Assembly (NCBI GenBank): GCA_964016885.1
Contig: OZ024749.1
Location: 1,550,001-1,614,000, forward strand
DNA: 64,000 nucleotides
Source: Eledone cirrhosa
Taxonomy: Eukaryota
Direction of reading: 5' to 3'
Shown here: piece by piece, positions 14,198-27,332 of the stretch
How positions within the stretch are numbered: position 1 is the stretch's first letter
How the letters are laid out: the number at the start of each line of letters is the position of its first letter
The notes under the pieces: model-generated
Databases searched by the model: none
What the model was told of the DNA's origin: nothing
The model's input: the letters and a program-made list of their open reading frames with translations, nothing else
Position numbers and translations under genes: made by a program

Positions 14198-14816
14198 GAG
14201 GATGTCTGTCTGTATGTGTGTGAGTTCGAATCCCTAAAACTCGAGAGCCACCCAACCGACTGTTTTCAAACTTTACACATGTAATACTTATGTTTCAAGG
14301 AGTGTTCTGAGTAAAAAGAAATTTCAAATTTTCAATGCCCTAGGGACTGCATTAGGCGATTTAGCGATCTCGCTCTATAATTCTTAGTCTTTCTCTTTTT
14401 AGATGCATACTTAATTATAACGTCGTGCCCTTATAATATATGTCTGTATGTCTGTCTGTCTGCATTACGTCACTTCCCTGAGGATGTCTGCCTGTGTGTG
14501 TGTGTGTGTGTCTGTGAGTTTGAATCCCTAAAATTCGAGAAGTACCCAACCGATTTTTTTCAAACTTTACATGTGTATTACTTATGTTTCAGGGAGTGTT
14601 ATGCACAACTTTTTGATCTCCTAGGGCCCGCATTAGGTGAAAACCAACATTTTTACTGCTTCATCGAGGAAAATCTTAAAGATTATCCAGCCATCAGAAT
14701 ATTCGGTTTATTTTCTTTACATATTGTCCAGGCATGCTGTTTTTCCACGATTAGGTCTGTTGGCGGCCCGCGTTCCAAAATACCTTATCCCGTGCAACAC
14801 CGGGTACCATTGCTAG
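14180..14816 (+). mobile_element. Non-autonomous Helitron-like element
   Basis: Starts tatataaaattgaggatgtctgtctg; ends with hairpin cccgtgcaacaccggg then CTAG-T; internal duplication of the 5' module at ~14480. Confidence 0.8.
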
Positions 14817-14824
14817 TATATATA

Positions 14825-14886
<62 letters not shown>

Positions 14887-14888
<2 letters not shown>

Positions 14889-15114
14889 TTCAAAATATTA
14901 ACAAATATAGACATTCGTGTGATCAAGTATATTTTATTATACATATTTCATGCCATGACTGAATTCTAACCATCTACTTAGTCAAGGTATGTCATGCATC
15001 ATCTTATTTTATCTGATGAGGACGTACTGTTGAAGATAGCTCACTACCTCTGAAATATGTATAATAAAATATACTTGATCTCACGAATGTCTATTTTTGT
15101 TTATATTTTGAATT
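14887..15114 (+). mobile_element. Fold-back element with hammerhead motif at 15005-15071
   Basis: ~64-bp inverted arms in (TA)n; tattttat-CTGATGA-gg...cctct-GAAA-tatg-TA-taataaaata. Confidence 0.7.
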
Positions 15115-15292
15115 TATATATATATATATATGTGTAAAAGTTCTATTTAAATTGTTGGGATACAACAAGCAAATATTTTTATAACTGATACACTCAACAA
15201 ATAATTGGAGTAAAAATACAATATTAACAAATATAATGGTTGCATTCTTGAAGGGTATGTCAATATTTATTTATAAAACTGCTCTATATTAT

Positions 15293-15356
15293 ATTTTATC
15301 TGATGAAAGCACACCATAATTTAACTTGGTGTCCTTGAAATATGTATAATGAAATA
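15293..15356 (+). ncRNA. Hammerhead ribozyme motif
   Basis: ttttat-CTGATGA-aagcacacca...tggtgtcctt-GAAA-tatg-TA-taatgaaata; stem II acacca/tggtgt. Confidence 0.65.
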
Positions 15357-16059
15357 AATATGGTTTTATAAATATAGTTTCCATTTGTATTTATATATAT
15401 ACACACACACACACACTCAGATAGTGAGAGATAATCACGCACACACACACACACACACAGGTAGGTAGCTTGCCATGCCTGGTTCACTGTATTTATTCTT
15501 CTTCGTATACATGTGTGTATGTGTAGTAGGTACATGTATGTGTGTATGTGATATGCACATGTGTGTATGGTGTGTATTCCTTTCTCAAGTTTCTGATCCC
15601 CCCCCCCCACCTGTTATTACAGCTCAGTCTCTTTGTTATTCTAAACTCTTTCTTTTATTCTTTCCCTTATTCATTCACGCCCTTACCTTCCCCTCCCTCA
15701 CACTCACTCTCTTTGTCTCCCCCTCTCTCTCTAGCTCTGTCTCTCTGTTTCTGTCTCTTTGTCTCCCCCCCTCTCTCTCTAGCTCTGTCTCTCTCTGTTT
15801 CTGTCTCTTTGTCTCCCCTCTCTCTAGCTCTGTCTCTCTCTACTCCCCTCTTTCTCCTATTATATACCTCCCTCCTTCTATTTCCCCCTCCAACTCTTCC
15901 TCCATCTACCCCCAGGTCAGCAGCTAAGCCAGTGTAGATGTGATATGCTACCAGCTTCAAGAAGAGAAACCACACTCTCTGGGCCAGAAGCTAGAGTCTG
16001 TTGGTGTACCACTCCATGTTAATTTATCAGTGGTGTGACATGTTTTGCTGTCACAGTGT

Positions 16060-16900
16060 GCAACAACAACAACAACAACAACAGCAGCAACAGCAACAAC
16101 AACAACAACAGCAACAGCAACAACCTCAACAGAATCACCAGCAGCAATAACAACAGCAACAGCAACATCAGCAGCAGTAGCTGCAATATCAGTGCAATAA
16201 CAGCATCATTAGTAGCAACAACAACAATAACAACAAAAGTAACAACAACAACAACAGTAACAACAACAACAACAATAACAACAGTAACAACAACAACAAC
16301 AACAACAGTAACAACAACAACAGTAACAACAACAACGGTAACAACAACAACAGTAACGACAATAACAACAACAACGACAGTAACAACAACAACAACAACA
16401 ACGGTAACAACAACAACAGTAACGACAATAACAACAACAACGACAGTAACAACAACAACAACAACAACAACAGTAATGACAATAACAACAACAACAACGA
16501 CAGTAACAACAACAACAACAACGGTAACAACAACAACAACAGTAACAACAACAGCAACAACAGTAACAACAACAACAGTAACAGTAACAACAACAACAAC
16601 AACAACAACAGTAACGACAACAACAGTAACAACATTAACGGTAACAACAACAACAACAGTAACAACAACAACAACAGTAACAACAACAACAACAACAACA
16701 GTAACAACAACAATAATAACAATAACAACAGTAACAACAACAACAATAATAATAACAACAGTAACAACAACAACAACAGCAACAACAACAATAGTAACAA
16801 CAACCACAACAGTAACAACAACAATAGTAACAACAACAACAGCAACAACAACAACAACAACAGCAACAACAACAACAGTAACAACAACAACAACAACAGT
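16060..16900. repeat. (CAA)n/CAGTAA microsatellite, ~840 bp
   Basis: Direct reading; source of the poly-T/V/L ORFs. Confidence 0.95.
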
Positions 16901-17808
16901 GTAAATGAGTGAGCTGTAATCCAGTATTCTGGTGAAGCAGCAGGGATGTTAGAATGTCTCTCAGCCATATTTGTTACGATCTTTTTCTCGCCCAGTTTAC
17001 ATCTCATCAAAGTTAACTTTGGCTTTCATCCTTTCAGGGTCGATAAAATAAGACACCTGTGTAATGCTGGGTCGATTCTTTTTCTATATTTCTCCCATCT
17101 TTATCACACAGACACTCTCTCACTCTTCATGTCTAATTGTATGTAGAGTTATACTATTTTGTCAGTGCTACAACAGCTCTGATCAAAGATCTATTAGTTA
17201 AGGGTTTATTTGGGGCTAAATAACACAACAGCAACACCAACTACATAAAAAATAGGGAAGAGTAATAAATGAAGAAAATTAACTCTATACAGCAAAACAA
17301 GGGAACTAACTCTGTACACTAAAAAAACTTAGATTTATCTCCCTCTAATATATAGATAAATATACACGGGTGTGTATGATTGTGTATAGAAGATTATATT
17401 AATAAAAGGAATTCCAACTCTGTCTGATTTACTCGTTTTATTTACAATCCTTTAAAATTTATAATGGTATTAGAATGAAATAGTATGGTAGAATATTAAA
17501 TGTTAAGTGTTAATTCAACAAGTACTTTAATGCTTTCGCAATCTTTTGCAAACTTGACTGTCACCACACATTATGAACCTGAAGATTGCGAAAGCATCAC
17601 CACCACCAACGTCACCGTCTGCAGCCTTATTATGTCATCTGGAGCCCCAACTACCACCACTTTCAGCCCTTCATCACCATACCCACACAAACATACACAC
17701 TCACATACATAAAAACAATAGAAAAAAGTCACATAGACACCCACACACGCTCCACCTCTCCAACAAAACACCCACACACTAATAGTTTACCTGTTACACC
17801 CATATCAC

Positions 17809-18645
17809 CAGGACCGGATTAAAACCCTTAGAGGCCCTAAGCACTAACAAATTTTGGTGCCCCCTACATTTGTAGATCAAAACATAAACAATAATATATG
17901 GTAAATTAAAGTTTTATTTATTGAAATTTCAAAATAAAGCAAAACATATAGAAAGAGAGAAAATAATTTTATTTATTGAATAATTTTTCCTGCTTTTTTT
18001 TTCTTGCAAAGTCTTTGATCAGATCCTCGTAACCAATCTTGCGTCACACACCTGCTTCTATACACAATAGGGTTAAAGCTTCCAGTCTGTATTGTTGCAT
18101 GGTTGTTCTGAAGGGATTTTTAATATTTTTCAACCGTGAAAATTAACGCTCCGCGGAGCAGTTAGTAACCATTAATGTTAAAAATATACGACAGGCTATG
18201 TCTACATTTGGAAAGGCACACTCACTATTGTCTTTTACAATAATTTTATAAAGTTCAGCATGATTAAATCTCGTTTTTACATTTTCTGTTCTATTCATCT
18301 TATTTCGCACATATAAATGAAACTGCTGAAGCTCAGCTGAGAAATTACTATTGAAGTCCGCTGGATAAGCATCGATCAACTTTTGACAATACTGAGAATA
18401 CCTTTCAATTAGTAGCTGATGGAGCGCCTATATTTGGCAACATCACTAAGAAAAGAAAATTTCTCTGCCATTTCTTTGTATATCTCTCCTCTTCTTTCCA
18501 TCTCAGCTGCAAGTTTGTCAACAATTGTGTAAAATGTGGTGATACGAAACTTATCTCTGGCATCTAAATAAACTTCTGCTGTATCTCCGTCATTGGGTAC
18601 TTTTTTTCTAATACTTTTCCGAGTTGCAGTTGTCCTGTAATCAAC
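17809..18645 (-). mobile_element. hAT transposon 3' remnant (dimerisation domain, ZMYM1/Tip100-like) with terminal repeat
   Basis: FPNVDIACRIFLTLMVTNCSAER followed by ...IKNPFRTTMQQYRLEAL...LIKDFARKK; terminus caggaccggatt at 17809. Confidence 0.88.
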
Positions 18646-18689
18646 ATAGATTTAATATTATTTATTTTGAGAACAATACCTTAACCCTT

Positions 18690-19620
18690 TAGTATTAATG
18701 TGAGTGAGTTATAAAGAGAAAGAGTGAGAGTGAAAGAAACAGACAGACTAAAAGAGGGGGATAGCGGGAGAGAGAAAGAGAGAGAGACGCTGGAAGAGGG
18801 GAAGGAAAGCTATATGTCTTGCATATATACACACACACACACACTGATCGCGTCATAATGACGTAATGCAGACAGCGAGACATACAGACAGATATTATAA
18901 GGGCGCAACGTTATATCTATGTATCTATCTAAAAAGAAAGGGCATTGAAAATTTGAAATATTTTTTGCTCAAAACACTCACAGGACCATAAGTATTACAT
19001 GTGTAAAGTTTGAAAACAATCGGTTGGGTGGTTCTCAAGTTTTAGTGAGCTGACAGACAGACAGACATTCTCTGTTTTAGATATATATAATTATATATTC
19101 GTGTACAGATATTTTTGCAATAATAAAATATAAATAAACGTATTTATATCATGAGGCTCAATAAGGATAAATATATATCAAATATATAAGAACCCTAGAG
19201 CAAAATCCGAGTAACGCCGGGCCATTCTGCTAGTATATATATATAAAACTGAGGATGTCTGTCTGTATGTGTGTGAATTTGAATCCCTAAAACTCGAGAA
19301 CCACCCAACCGACTGTTTTCAAACTTTACACATGTAATACTTATGTTTCAGGGAGTGTTCTGAGCAAAAGAATTTTCAAATTTCAATGCCCTAGGGACCA
19401 CATTAGGTGATTTAGCGATCTCTCTCTATAATTCTTAGTCTTTCTCTTTTTAGATAGCTATATACATATAACATCGCGCCCTTAAAATATCTGTCTGTAT
19501 GTCTGCCTGTCTGCATTACGTCACTTCCTTGAGGATGTGTGTGTGTGTGTGCATAACACTGACACGTGTTTCATTGTATATGCTACATATCAGTCTAGGA
19601 TCAGTAATATTGACTATTTC
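18690..19620. mobile_element. Cluster of Helitron-like fragments (same family as 14180)
   Basis: Minus copy 18690-19090; 3' hairpin plus CTAG ending at 19233; a new 5' end starts immediately at 19234. Confidence 0.75.
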
Positions 19621-20825
19621 AATCAAATTAAATCGAATCCAACTACTTAAAAAATTATGTGGACACAACAATTGTTCAATCATCATCATCATTGTTTAAC
19701 GTCTATCTTCCACGCTAGCATGGGTTAGATATATGTAAAAATTAAAGAAAAAAGGAAAAGGAAAAAAGAAAAGAAAAAAGAAAAAAACAAAAGAAAAAAC
19801 GTCATAAAGAAAAAGAAAAAGAAACACATGAAAGATTAGAGAGGAAGAGATATATGGAGGATAGTATTTTAGACAGGATGACATAAGTAGAGGAAGAGCA
19901 ATGAAGAATATAAGAGGGAGGAGATTGGGGGAAAGAGATGGAAGAGGGAAGAAAGGGTAAGATAGGTGTAGATAAATTAATAGAGTAGGGAAGGATGGGA
20001 ACTTTATGGTAGTATTAGGGGAGTAGTGAATGACAGGTGGATTCAGACCTACAAAATATCCGGACCCTTATTAGCTGAAAATGTACTCAAAATAACTGTT
20101 TCTGCTATTGGCACAAAGCCAGCAATTATTCCAGTACATTACTGGTACTTTCTTTTATCGACCCCATAAGGATGAAAGGCAAAGTTAATCTCGGCGGGAT
20201 TTGAACTCAGACCATAAAGGGACATAACTCTTTGCTGCAAAGCATGGCATCCAACCCTCTATCGATACTGCCAATCCATCAACTTTGTACTCAAAATAAC
20301 TGTTTCTACTTTAGGCACAAGGCCAGCAATTACCCAGTGTATTACTGGTACTTTATTTTATCGACCCCAAAATAACATCAGAAAATTAGTTGTAGTAGTA
20401 GTATGAGAACAACAACAATGACAACAACAACAATAATATTGTTCAATGTACATCAACTTGACAACAGATAAGAATAGCAGAAAGTCTCACAAAAACATTA
20501 AAACATTTATGACTTATTTTAAGATTGTGAGGGATTGGCCGAGTGTGTGGAGTTTCAGACAACATGCTGGCATTTAGGTGTAGCCCTTTATCTTCTGAGT
20601 TCAAATTCCACAAAAGTTAGATTTGGATTTCATAGATTCCTTGCTCTGATCTAACAATCAGCTCTTTTCTTCTGCCGGGAGTTGGGACTATGAAGTGTGT
20701 GGTTGGGAGAACAGTTACAAAGAGTGTGAGGACTGTGAGGTGGTATGCAGAAATGAGTTCTGTTGAGCAACAACAGGCAGAGATGATGGGGGTGGTTGGG
20801 AGTGTCATATTTATGAAGTTTTACC

Positions 20826-21130
20826 CTTTAGCATTTACATTACTCTATATTTATTATTGTATTTTCACAGTAAAGGCTTTACCTCACATAATATTTACAT
20901 TACTCTATATTTATTATTGTATTTTCACAGTAAAGGCTTTACCTCACATAGCATTTACATTACTCTATATTTATTATTGTATTTTCACAGTAAAGGCTTT
21001 ACCTCACATAACATTTACATTACTCTATATTTATTATTGTATTTTCACAGTAAAGGCTTTACCTCACATAACATTTACATTACTCTATATTTATTATTGT
21101 ATTTTCACAGTAAAGGCTTTATCTCAAATA
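20826..21130. repeat. 60-bp tandem repeat x5 inside a TTAA-type MITE
   Basis: Unit catttacattactctatatttattattgtattttcacagtaaaggctttacctcacata(a/g); single-unit form at 21699-21770. Confidence 0.9.
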
Positions 21131-21698
21131 TCTCGTATAATATTGAATCTATGAGATTTTGATATTTATTTTGAAAACAATACCTTAACATCAGTATGAG
21201 TGGCCAGTTACAGCTGATTTGAACAGAAATGCTGCAAAGAATTTTATCCGTCACTCAAACGACCCTTCTAATTCACTGGCCTCAAAATAATGAAAAGGCA
21301 TATATGTTTTCAATTTTGGTGAGAGAACTTTTGATGTAATTTTTTAAAACAAATTATTAAATTACCTTTATTTGTTATTAGGGTTTTTATTTTATTCACA
21401 TTAAATTATTTACAAAATACGCTACTCAATCATGTCACAACAAAGGGCAATGGAGTTTCTTTTTGATAATTCTTCAGGCAAGTTAACATACTTGCTAGAT
21501 GTGATTGTAAGGCTGTAATAACCAACAACTCTCACCAGTATTACCTGAGACATTCCGTAACATGAGTTGTCAGTCAAGAATAACCAACAACTTTGTAGTC
21601 AGAATTTTATTTGCAAGCGGTTGGACCACAATTAAAGGTGTTTGAGATGGTTTTGCAAGTTGGTCCGGTGAGCCTCTTGTGCATCTACTATTGCTTGA

Positions 21699-21919
21699 CC
21701 CTTTAGTATTTATATTACTCTATACTTACTATTGTATTTTTGCGGTAAAGGCTTTATCTCACCTAATTATCTCACATAATATCGAAGCTTTGAGATTTTG
21801 ATATTATTTATTTTGAGAACAATAACTTAACATCAGTATGAGTGGCCAGTTACAGCCAGTTTGAACAGAAAGAGGGGAGAGAATTCTGGCTGAATACAGC
21901 CAGTTTAAATGCTAAAGGG
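21699..21919. mobile_element. piggyBac-type MITE
   Basis: TIRs ccctttagtattta / taaatgctaaaggg; flanks ttga and ttaa. Confidence 0.8.
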
Positions 21920-21924
21920 TTAAT

Positions 21925-22545
21925 ATATTTTTGTATCATGAGCAAACATTGAGATAGAATGCTCTAGTATTGCTGGGATATCATTGACAAAAAGTGAGAA
22001 AAGGAGGGGACCCAGGACTTCTGCCCATTCTGAAGAAGTAGCATTAACTGAGACATGTTGTTTCCATAATGTCAGGAAATTTCTCATCCATTTCAGTATA
22101 TTGCTTTTGATCCCAAATGTTTCTGTTTCAGCAGTTGTTTCCTGCGGAACCTTGTCAAACGCTTTTGTACAGTCCTGAAAGATGACATCAACTGGTAGAT
22201 TATAACTTAGAGCTTCTGTCCAGTGCTTCAAGTAAATTAGTCATTGTAGATTTCCCACAGGTGAAGACATGTTGATCTGTACACATCAAGGCATTGTTCT
22301 TCAAGTGTTCTGTGATGTCTTTTGATATTACCCTTGCCATCACTTTTGATATCAGAGATGTCAGAGATACTAGTCTATAGTTAGCTGGATTCTGTCCTCT
22401 TACCTTTCTTAAATATAGGAACGATTGTGGCTCATTTCCACTGTGTGGGTACTTCACCCTTAGAGAGACTTTGTTGAAGAGGATGTTTAATGTTATTGCC
22501 AGTATTTCGGCCAGTTCCTTTAACACTCTAGGGTGTATTGTATTA
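21925..22545 (-). mobile_element. CR1-clade LINE reverse transcriptase fragment, frameshifted
   Basis: IHPRVLKELA, NYRLVSLTS, GKSTMTNLLE, KAFDKVP, LGPLLFSLFVND, MFAHDTKIY. Confidence 0.88.
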
Positions 22546-22819
22546 TAGAAAGACACTTTTTTTTCCTGGGAAAGATAGGGGAGGGAGATATCTGACTTTT
22601 CATTCCCTTCCCACCGAGTTTTCTTTACCATTTCATTTTCCCTTGGGGGTGAGAGTATGATGGTCGCTCCTTTGAAAAAAGTCCTTATGACCGACCATAT
22701 AAAGAGATAAGTTTTATTGATAGCACACGAAAAATCCAAAGAAAAATTTTTTATTTCCCACTGAAATCGGTGGGGGTGCCTTTCTATAATAATGCCCAAA
22801 CTTTAAACAACCTTACCAT

Positions 22820-24200
22820 GTTTTAATCTGGCAGTGCCTGGCAGGTATCGGCCTCCAGGTCAACTTTGCAGCCTTCGTCTTGGACTTGCGGTCCATTCTC
22901 CACCAGGTACAGGTGACTCCCAAAGAGGATGTCCTCATCCTCAGGTCACCGATCCACCCGCCGGCCATCTGCTCCGCCATCAGGTCCAGGCTCCAGCAAC
23001 TCAAGACTCACATGAGCCGACTGGGCTTGATTGATGGCCACCCAGCTCTCTTTCTGTTGAGGAACTGCTTCACCATGCTGAAACTCCTCTATACCCTTCG
23101 CAACACTCAGTGCTACAACCATGCATCTCTCCTTGCTGACCTTGATACTTGTATCCGAGCAGTAGCTGAGGTGATATGCAATGTCAGATTTGATGACATT
23201 GGATGGCAACAGGCCAGTTTACCTGTCAGGTATGGCGACCTTGGTCTCCGCACCCCGATCTTGCTGGCTTTGCCGGCGTTTCTTTCATCGGTAACCTCGT
23301 GCCGCATCCTCGTTAGCAGGGTTCTCCAAAACACAATGGAACCCTCTGTGATTGGGGAATGTGGGGCCCCTTGTGAGACATGGGACTGGCTGGGACTTAG
23401 CCCAGTGGACGTCCCTCCTCCTTCTCCCCTTGCTGATGTCAAGTCCCCCCCAAGCATTTGGGATGCCATCCAGTGTAGCTTGGCCTCAGACAGGCTCACG
23501 TGCCAGCTAGACCAGCACCACCTAGCCTGTTTCACGCGGCCTCCAAACCCCACAGTGGTACCGGGCTCCATGCCTTGCCCTCCTTCTCCACTGGCACGCA
23601 GCTGGACAACGATAGCCTGCGCATCAGCGTTTCTCTGAGGCTTGGCCTCCAGATCTGCAAGCCACATAAATGTCGATGTGGATCCACCGTGGACTCTTTC
23701 GGTCTCCACCTGCTTTCCTGTCGCCACAGTGCCTTCCACACCATGCCACCCTCAACAAAGTCATAAAGTATGGCTTGGATGCTGCAGGCGTCCCCTCCCA
23801 GCTCGAGCCAGTGGGGCTGGACCAAGGGGACAGCAAAAGGCCAGATGGTATGACCATCTTCCCGTTATGTGGTGGTAAACCCCTCGTCCGGGATACCACA
23901 TGCAGCAACACATTCTCCAGCTGCAATCTGGTGCTCATCGGGATGAGGAAGGCAAACTCTCCAACAGGTTTGTGGTCATGCCCTTGGCAGTGGAGACTTC
24001 TGGTGCCCTTGGGCCTAAGGCTATCTCCCTACTCACCACCATAGGCACTGAGCTGGCCAGCCGCAGGTGTGAACCTCGCATGATGGAATGGCTCTTCCAG
24101 CGCATCTCCCTTACCATCCTCCGGGGAAACACCTTCTCCATTCTGTCCGCCAGGGCTGTGGGGAGGCCATCACGTGGGACCCCATTTGCTCACCATACAG
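22820..24200 (+). mobile_element. CRE-like non-LTR retrotransposon: RT thumb, CCHC finger, restriction-like endonuclease; degenerate
   Basis: QASLPVRYGDLGLR; CRCGSTVDSFGLHLLSC; LEPVGL..KRPDG...LVRDTT; PLAVETSG; WLFQRISLTILRGN. Confidence 0.85.
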
Positions 24201-24285
24201 AGAGATGGGGAGGGCGAGAAAGATGGGGGCAATGACAGTGGTAATTCAGCTCTTCCACGTTCGGACCATATATATATATATATAT

Positions 24286-24696
24286 ATTGTTATACTTTGG
24301 GAGGGTCATGTTGCCAATAAGAAACACACGCACCAGTTGCTTTCACTCCAATTTATTATAAATTTTAAAAATTTATAAATTTCCGGTTGGTTGGTTCCAC
24401 AACCGGACGGTTGTTCATATATTGTCAAAGTTCTTTCGTCACACATTCTGTGATCTCTTGAAGATGGTGTAGGACAGAACAAAGAGATCAATTCCCAGTC
24501 ACTAAAGAGGTCACAGAATGTGTGACGAAAGAACTTTGACAATGTATGAACAACCGCCCGGTTGTGGATCCAACCAACCAACCGGAAATTTATAAAATTT
24601 TTAAATTTATAATTTAATTTATAATAAATTGGAGTGATAGTGACTGGTGCATGTGTTTCTTATTGGCAACATGACCCTCTCAAAGTATAACAATAT
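24286..24696 (+). mobile_element. Fold-back element with ~175-bp arms and hammerhead motif at 24498-24540
   Basis: gtca-CTAAAGA-g-gtcac-agaatgt-gtgac-GAAA-gaac-TT-tgac; stem I gtca/tgac. Confidence 0.75.
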
Positions 24697-25730
24697 CGGT
24701 TCAACACACGTTTTCAGATATCTTGCTAAACAAATTCAGAAACGAAGTGTGTGTGTGTGTGTGTGTACATGAAAAGAGGCTAATAAAATAAAGTACCAGT
24801 CAATGCATACAGAATTGGTGGTATTACAAAGTGTTTGGATAGGGGGGGGGGGCGTTCGACTAATATAATGAAATAATTTTCTACTTTTGGCACAAGGCCA
24901 GCAATTATATCAGTGTATTACTAGTACTTTATTTTATAGACCCCGTAAGGATGAAAGGCAAAGTTAACCTCGGCGGGATTTGAACTCAGATTTGAACTCA
25001 GATCGTAAAGGGACGTAACTATGCTGGAAAGCATATCCGACCCTCTACCGATACTGCCAATTCACCGCCCTCATTAATGAAATAATAATGAAACTATTGT
25101 GTACAGTGCTCATGTCCACTACAATATATTAGTTTCTATCTAGGTTCATAACAACTGGCGATGGGTCTGCGACCTGTCCTGGGAAACGTACAAAGGTTGT
25201 GTATTCTGAGACACCAAAGAATGTCTGTTCAGAAGATTACTACGTGTAGGAACTAGTTTTTATTTCGTTAAATTCAGCCACCACCTATGTCAGGGGAGTT
25301 GGACGAGCTGAGTTATCTCCCTTGAAACTCCTTCATACACTCTCCCCCAACAAAAATCCTTAGGCTGTTCCAACTACCTCGTCATCCGCCAACGGAGGTT
25401 TTCTAAGTTTTCCACAAAACTTAAATACTTTCACTCTGAAACATCTTCAAATACGTACATTTTATTTACAAAAACATTAACTCGTCGTTACCACGTCCAT
25501 TGCGAACCAATTTCAGGAAAGATTTACCATAGATAAACGCACATTATTTAGGTTTATTCAAGAGGCAACGTTGAGATTGGCAAAGTTTTTATTTACTAAG
25601 CTAGAAGGAAAGTGTGAAACATGTCTTTCTTGTATATATAAACTGTAATATATATATATTGCTGCTAGTAATAATGACTGTCCTACTCTTTAGAGTTCAT
25701 ATTCTTTTATGACACTGATATATTACAAAC

Positions 25731-25736
25731 ATGTCG
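25731..25736 (+). CDS. GCC2: GCC2 coding exon 1 (Met-Ser)
   Basis: caaacATGTCG|gtaagt: good start context and perfect donor; phase 0 joins exon 2; similar to the two-codon first exon recalled for human GCC2. Confidence 0.65.
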
Positions 25737-26552
25737 GTAAGTTTCATCTCCACAATATTATTTTCAATATTTTGTTTATATAAAAATGACGCACCCTCCC
25801 TCCCATATATTTATATATATAAATATGTATATGTATGTATATATATATATATGTGTATATATATGTGTGTGTTTATATATATATGTGTGTTTATATATAT
25901 ATATGTATATATGTGTATATATATGTGTATGTATGTATGTATGTGTGTGTATATATGTGTGTGTATATATATATGTGTATATATATATATATATGTATAT
26001 GTGTTTATATATGTGTATACGTGTGTGTATATATATATATGTGTGTATACATATATATGTGTATACGTGTGTGTGTGTATATATATATGTGTATACGTGT
26101 GTGTGTGTATATATACGTGTATACGTGTATATATACGTGTATACGTGTGTGTATATATACGGTCATAGGTATTTCATATGTATGTATATATACACACACA
26201 CACACACACATATATATGTATGTATGTATATATATATGTGTGTGTGTGTATATATACATAAATATACGCGCACACACACTCACCTATATATATATATATT
26301 CATACATATACACGAAAATATATATTTTCCTCTGTCATGTATACACATACGTTTGTTGTCAATGACGTGGATATCAGTGGATTTCCATATATACACCTAT
26401 ATATAATAACCAAATGAAAAAGATATATGTATATATCTTTTATATAGACAGTATATTGTATATATACCAAATACATATCACATAGAAGAATATCTACACA
26501 GATGGAATCATAAGAGAAAACTTATAGCGCTAATATATACAGTACATATATA

Positions 26553-26746
26553 TAGGAATGAGTAGGACCCCGACGGCTGAGCTCAAGCCGTTTCGACGGC
26601 TAATTCTGGACCAGAATTAGCCGTCAAAACGGCTTGAGCTCAGCCGTCGGGGTCCTACTCGTTCCTATTACCCACTCTACTACCCTAAGTATTGAGTACT
26701 TTGGTGCGTTATGGTCCACCTGGTTCCTAACCACATTTCTTCCGTT
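26553..26746 (+). mobile_element. Near-perfect ~115-bp palindrome plus tail, in (TA)n
   Basis: taggaatgagtaggaccccgacggctgagctcaagccgtttcgacggctaattctgg-a-ccagaattagccgtcaaaacggc...gttccta. Confidence 0.75.
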
Positions 26747-26982
26747 ATATATATATATATATATATACTCTCTCTCTATATATATATATAGTAGGTGTAA
26801 CAATATATAATAGCGGTGAAGATCCTGTTGACCACCCAAAGGTAGGCGGCACTCCCAATATTACGACCCCGTGACATGTTTCGTAATAGTCGTGGCACAC
26901 CGACTTGTATCTTGCCTCGCTCTCACATAACACACCTGTATATCCACATATCTATATCTACGTATTTAAACTGTCTACCCAG

Positions 26983-27025
<43 letters not shown>

Positions 27026-27087
27026 TACGTATATAGCGATGTATATAACTATGTATATATCTATACACTTATCTATCCCGTTGTTCG

Positions 27088-27145
<58 letters not shown>

Positions 27146-27332
27146 TGAGCTGTATAATTATATATATATATATATAGATTATATATATACTGAGCTATAT
27201 ATATATATAATCTATATATATATATATAGATTATATTTTCATTTATAGATTATATATATATATATATTTAGATTATATATAAACTGAGCTGTATACCTAT
27301 ATATATAATCTCTCTCTCTATATATATATATA

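Noticed and set aside
16019-17010. Mucin-like poly-Thr ORF of 289 aa
   Set aside because: Pure (CAA)n-derived repeat with no signal peptide or splice support.
17576-17605. ctgaagattgcgaaagcatc as a hammerhead
   Set aside because: No stem II and no stem I pairing.
20655-20770. Cys-rich frame SWDYEVCGWENSYKECEDCEVVCRNEFC
   Set aside because: Short, no recognised homology and no convincing splice context.
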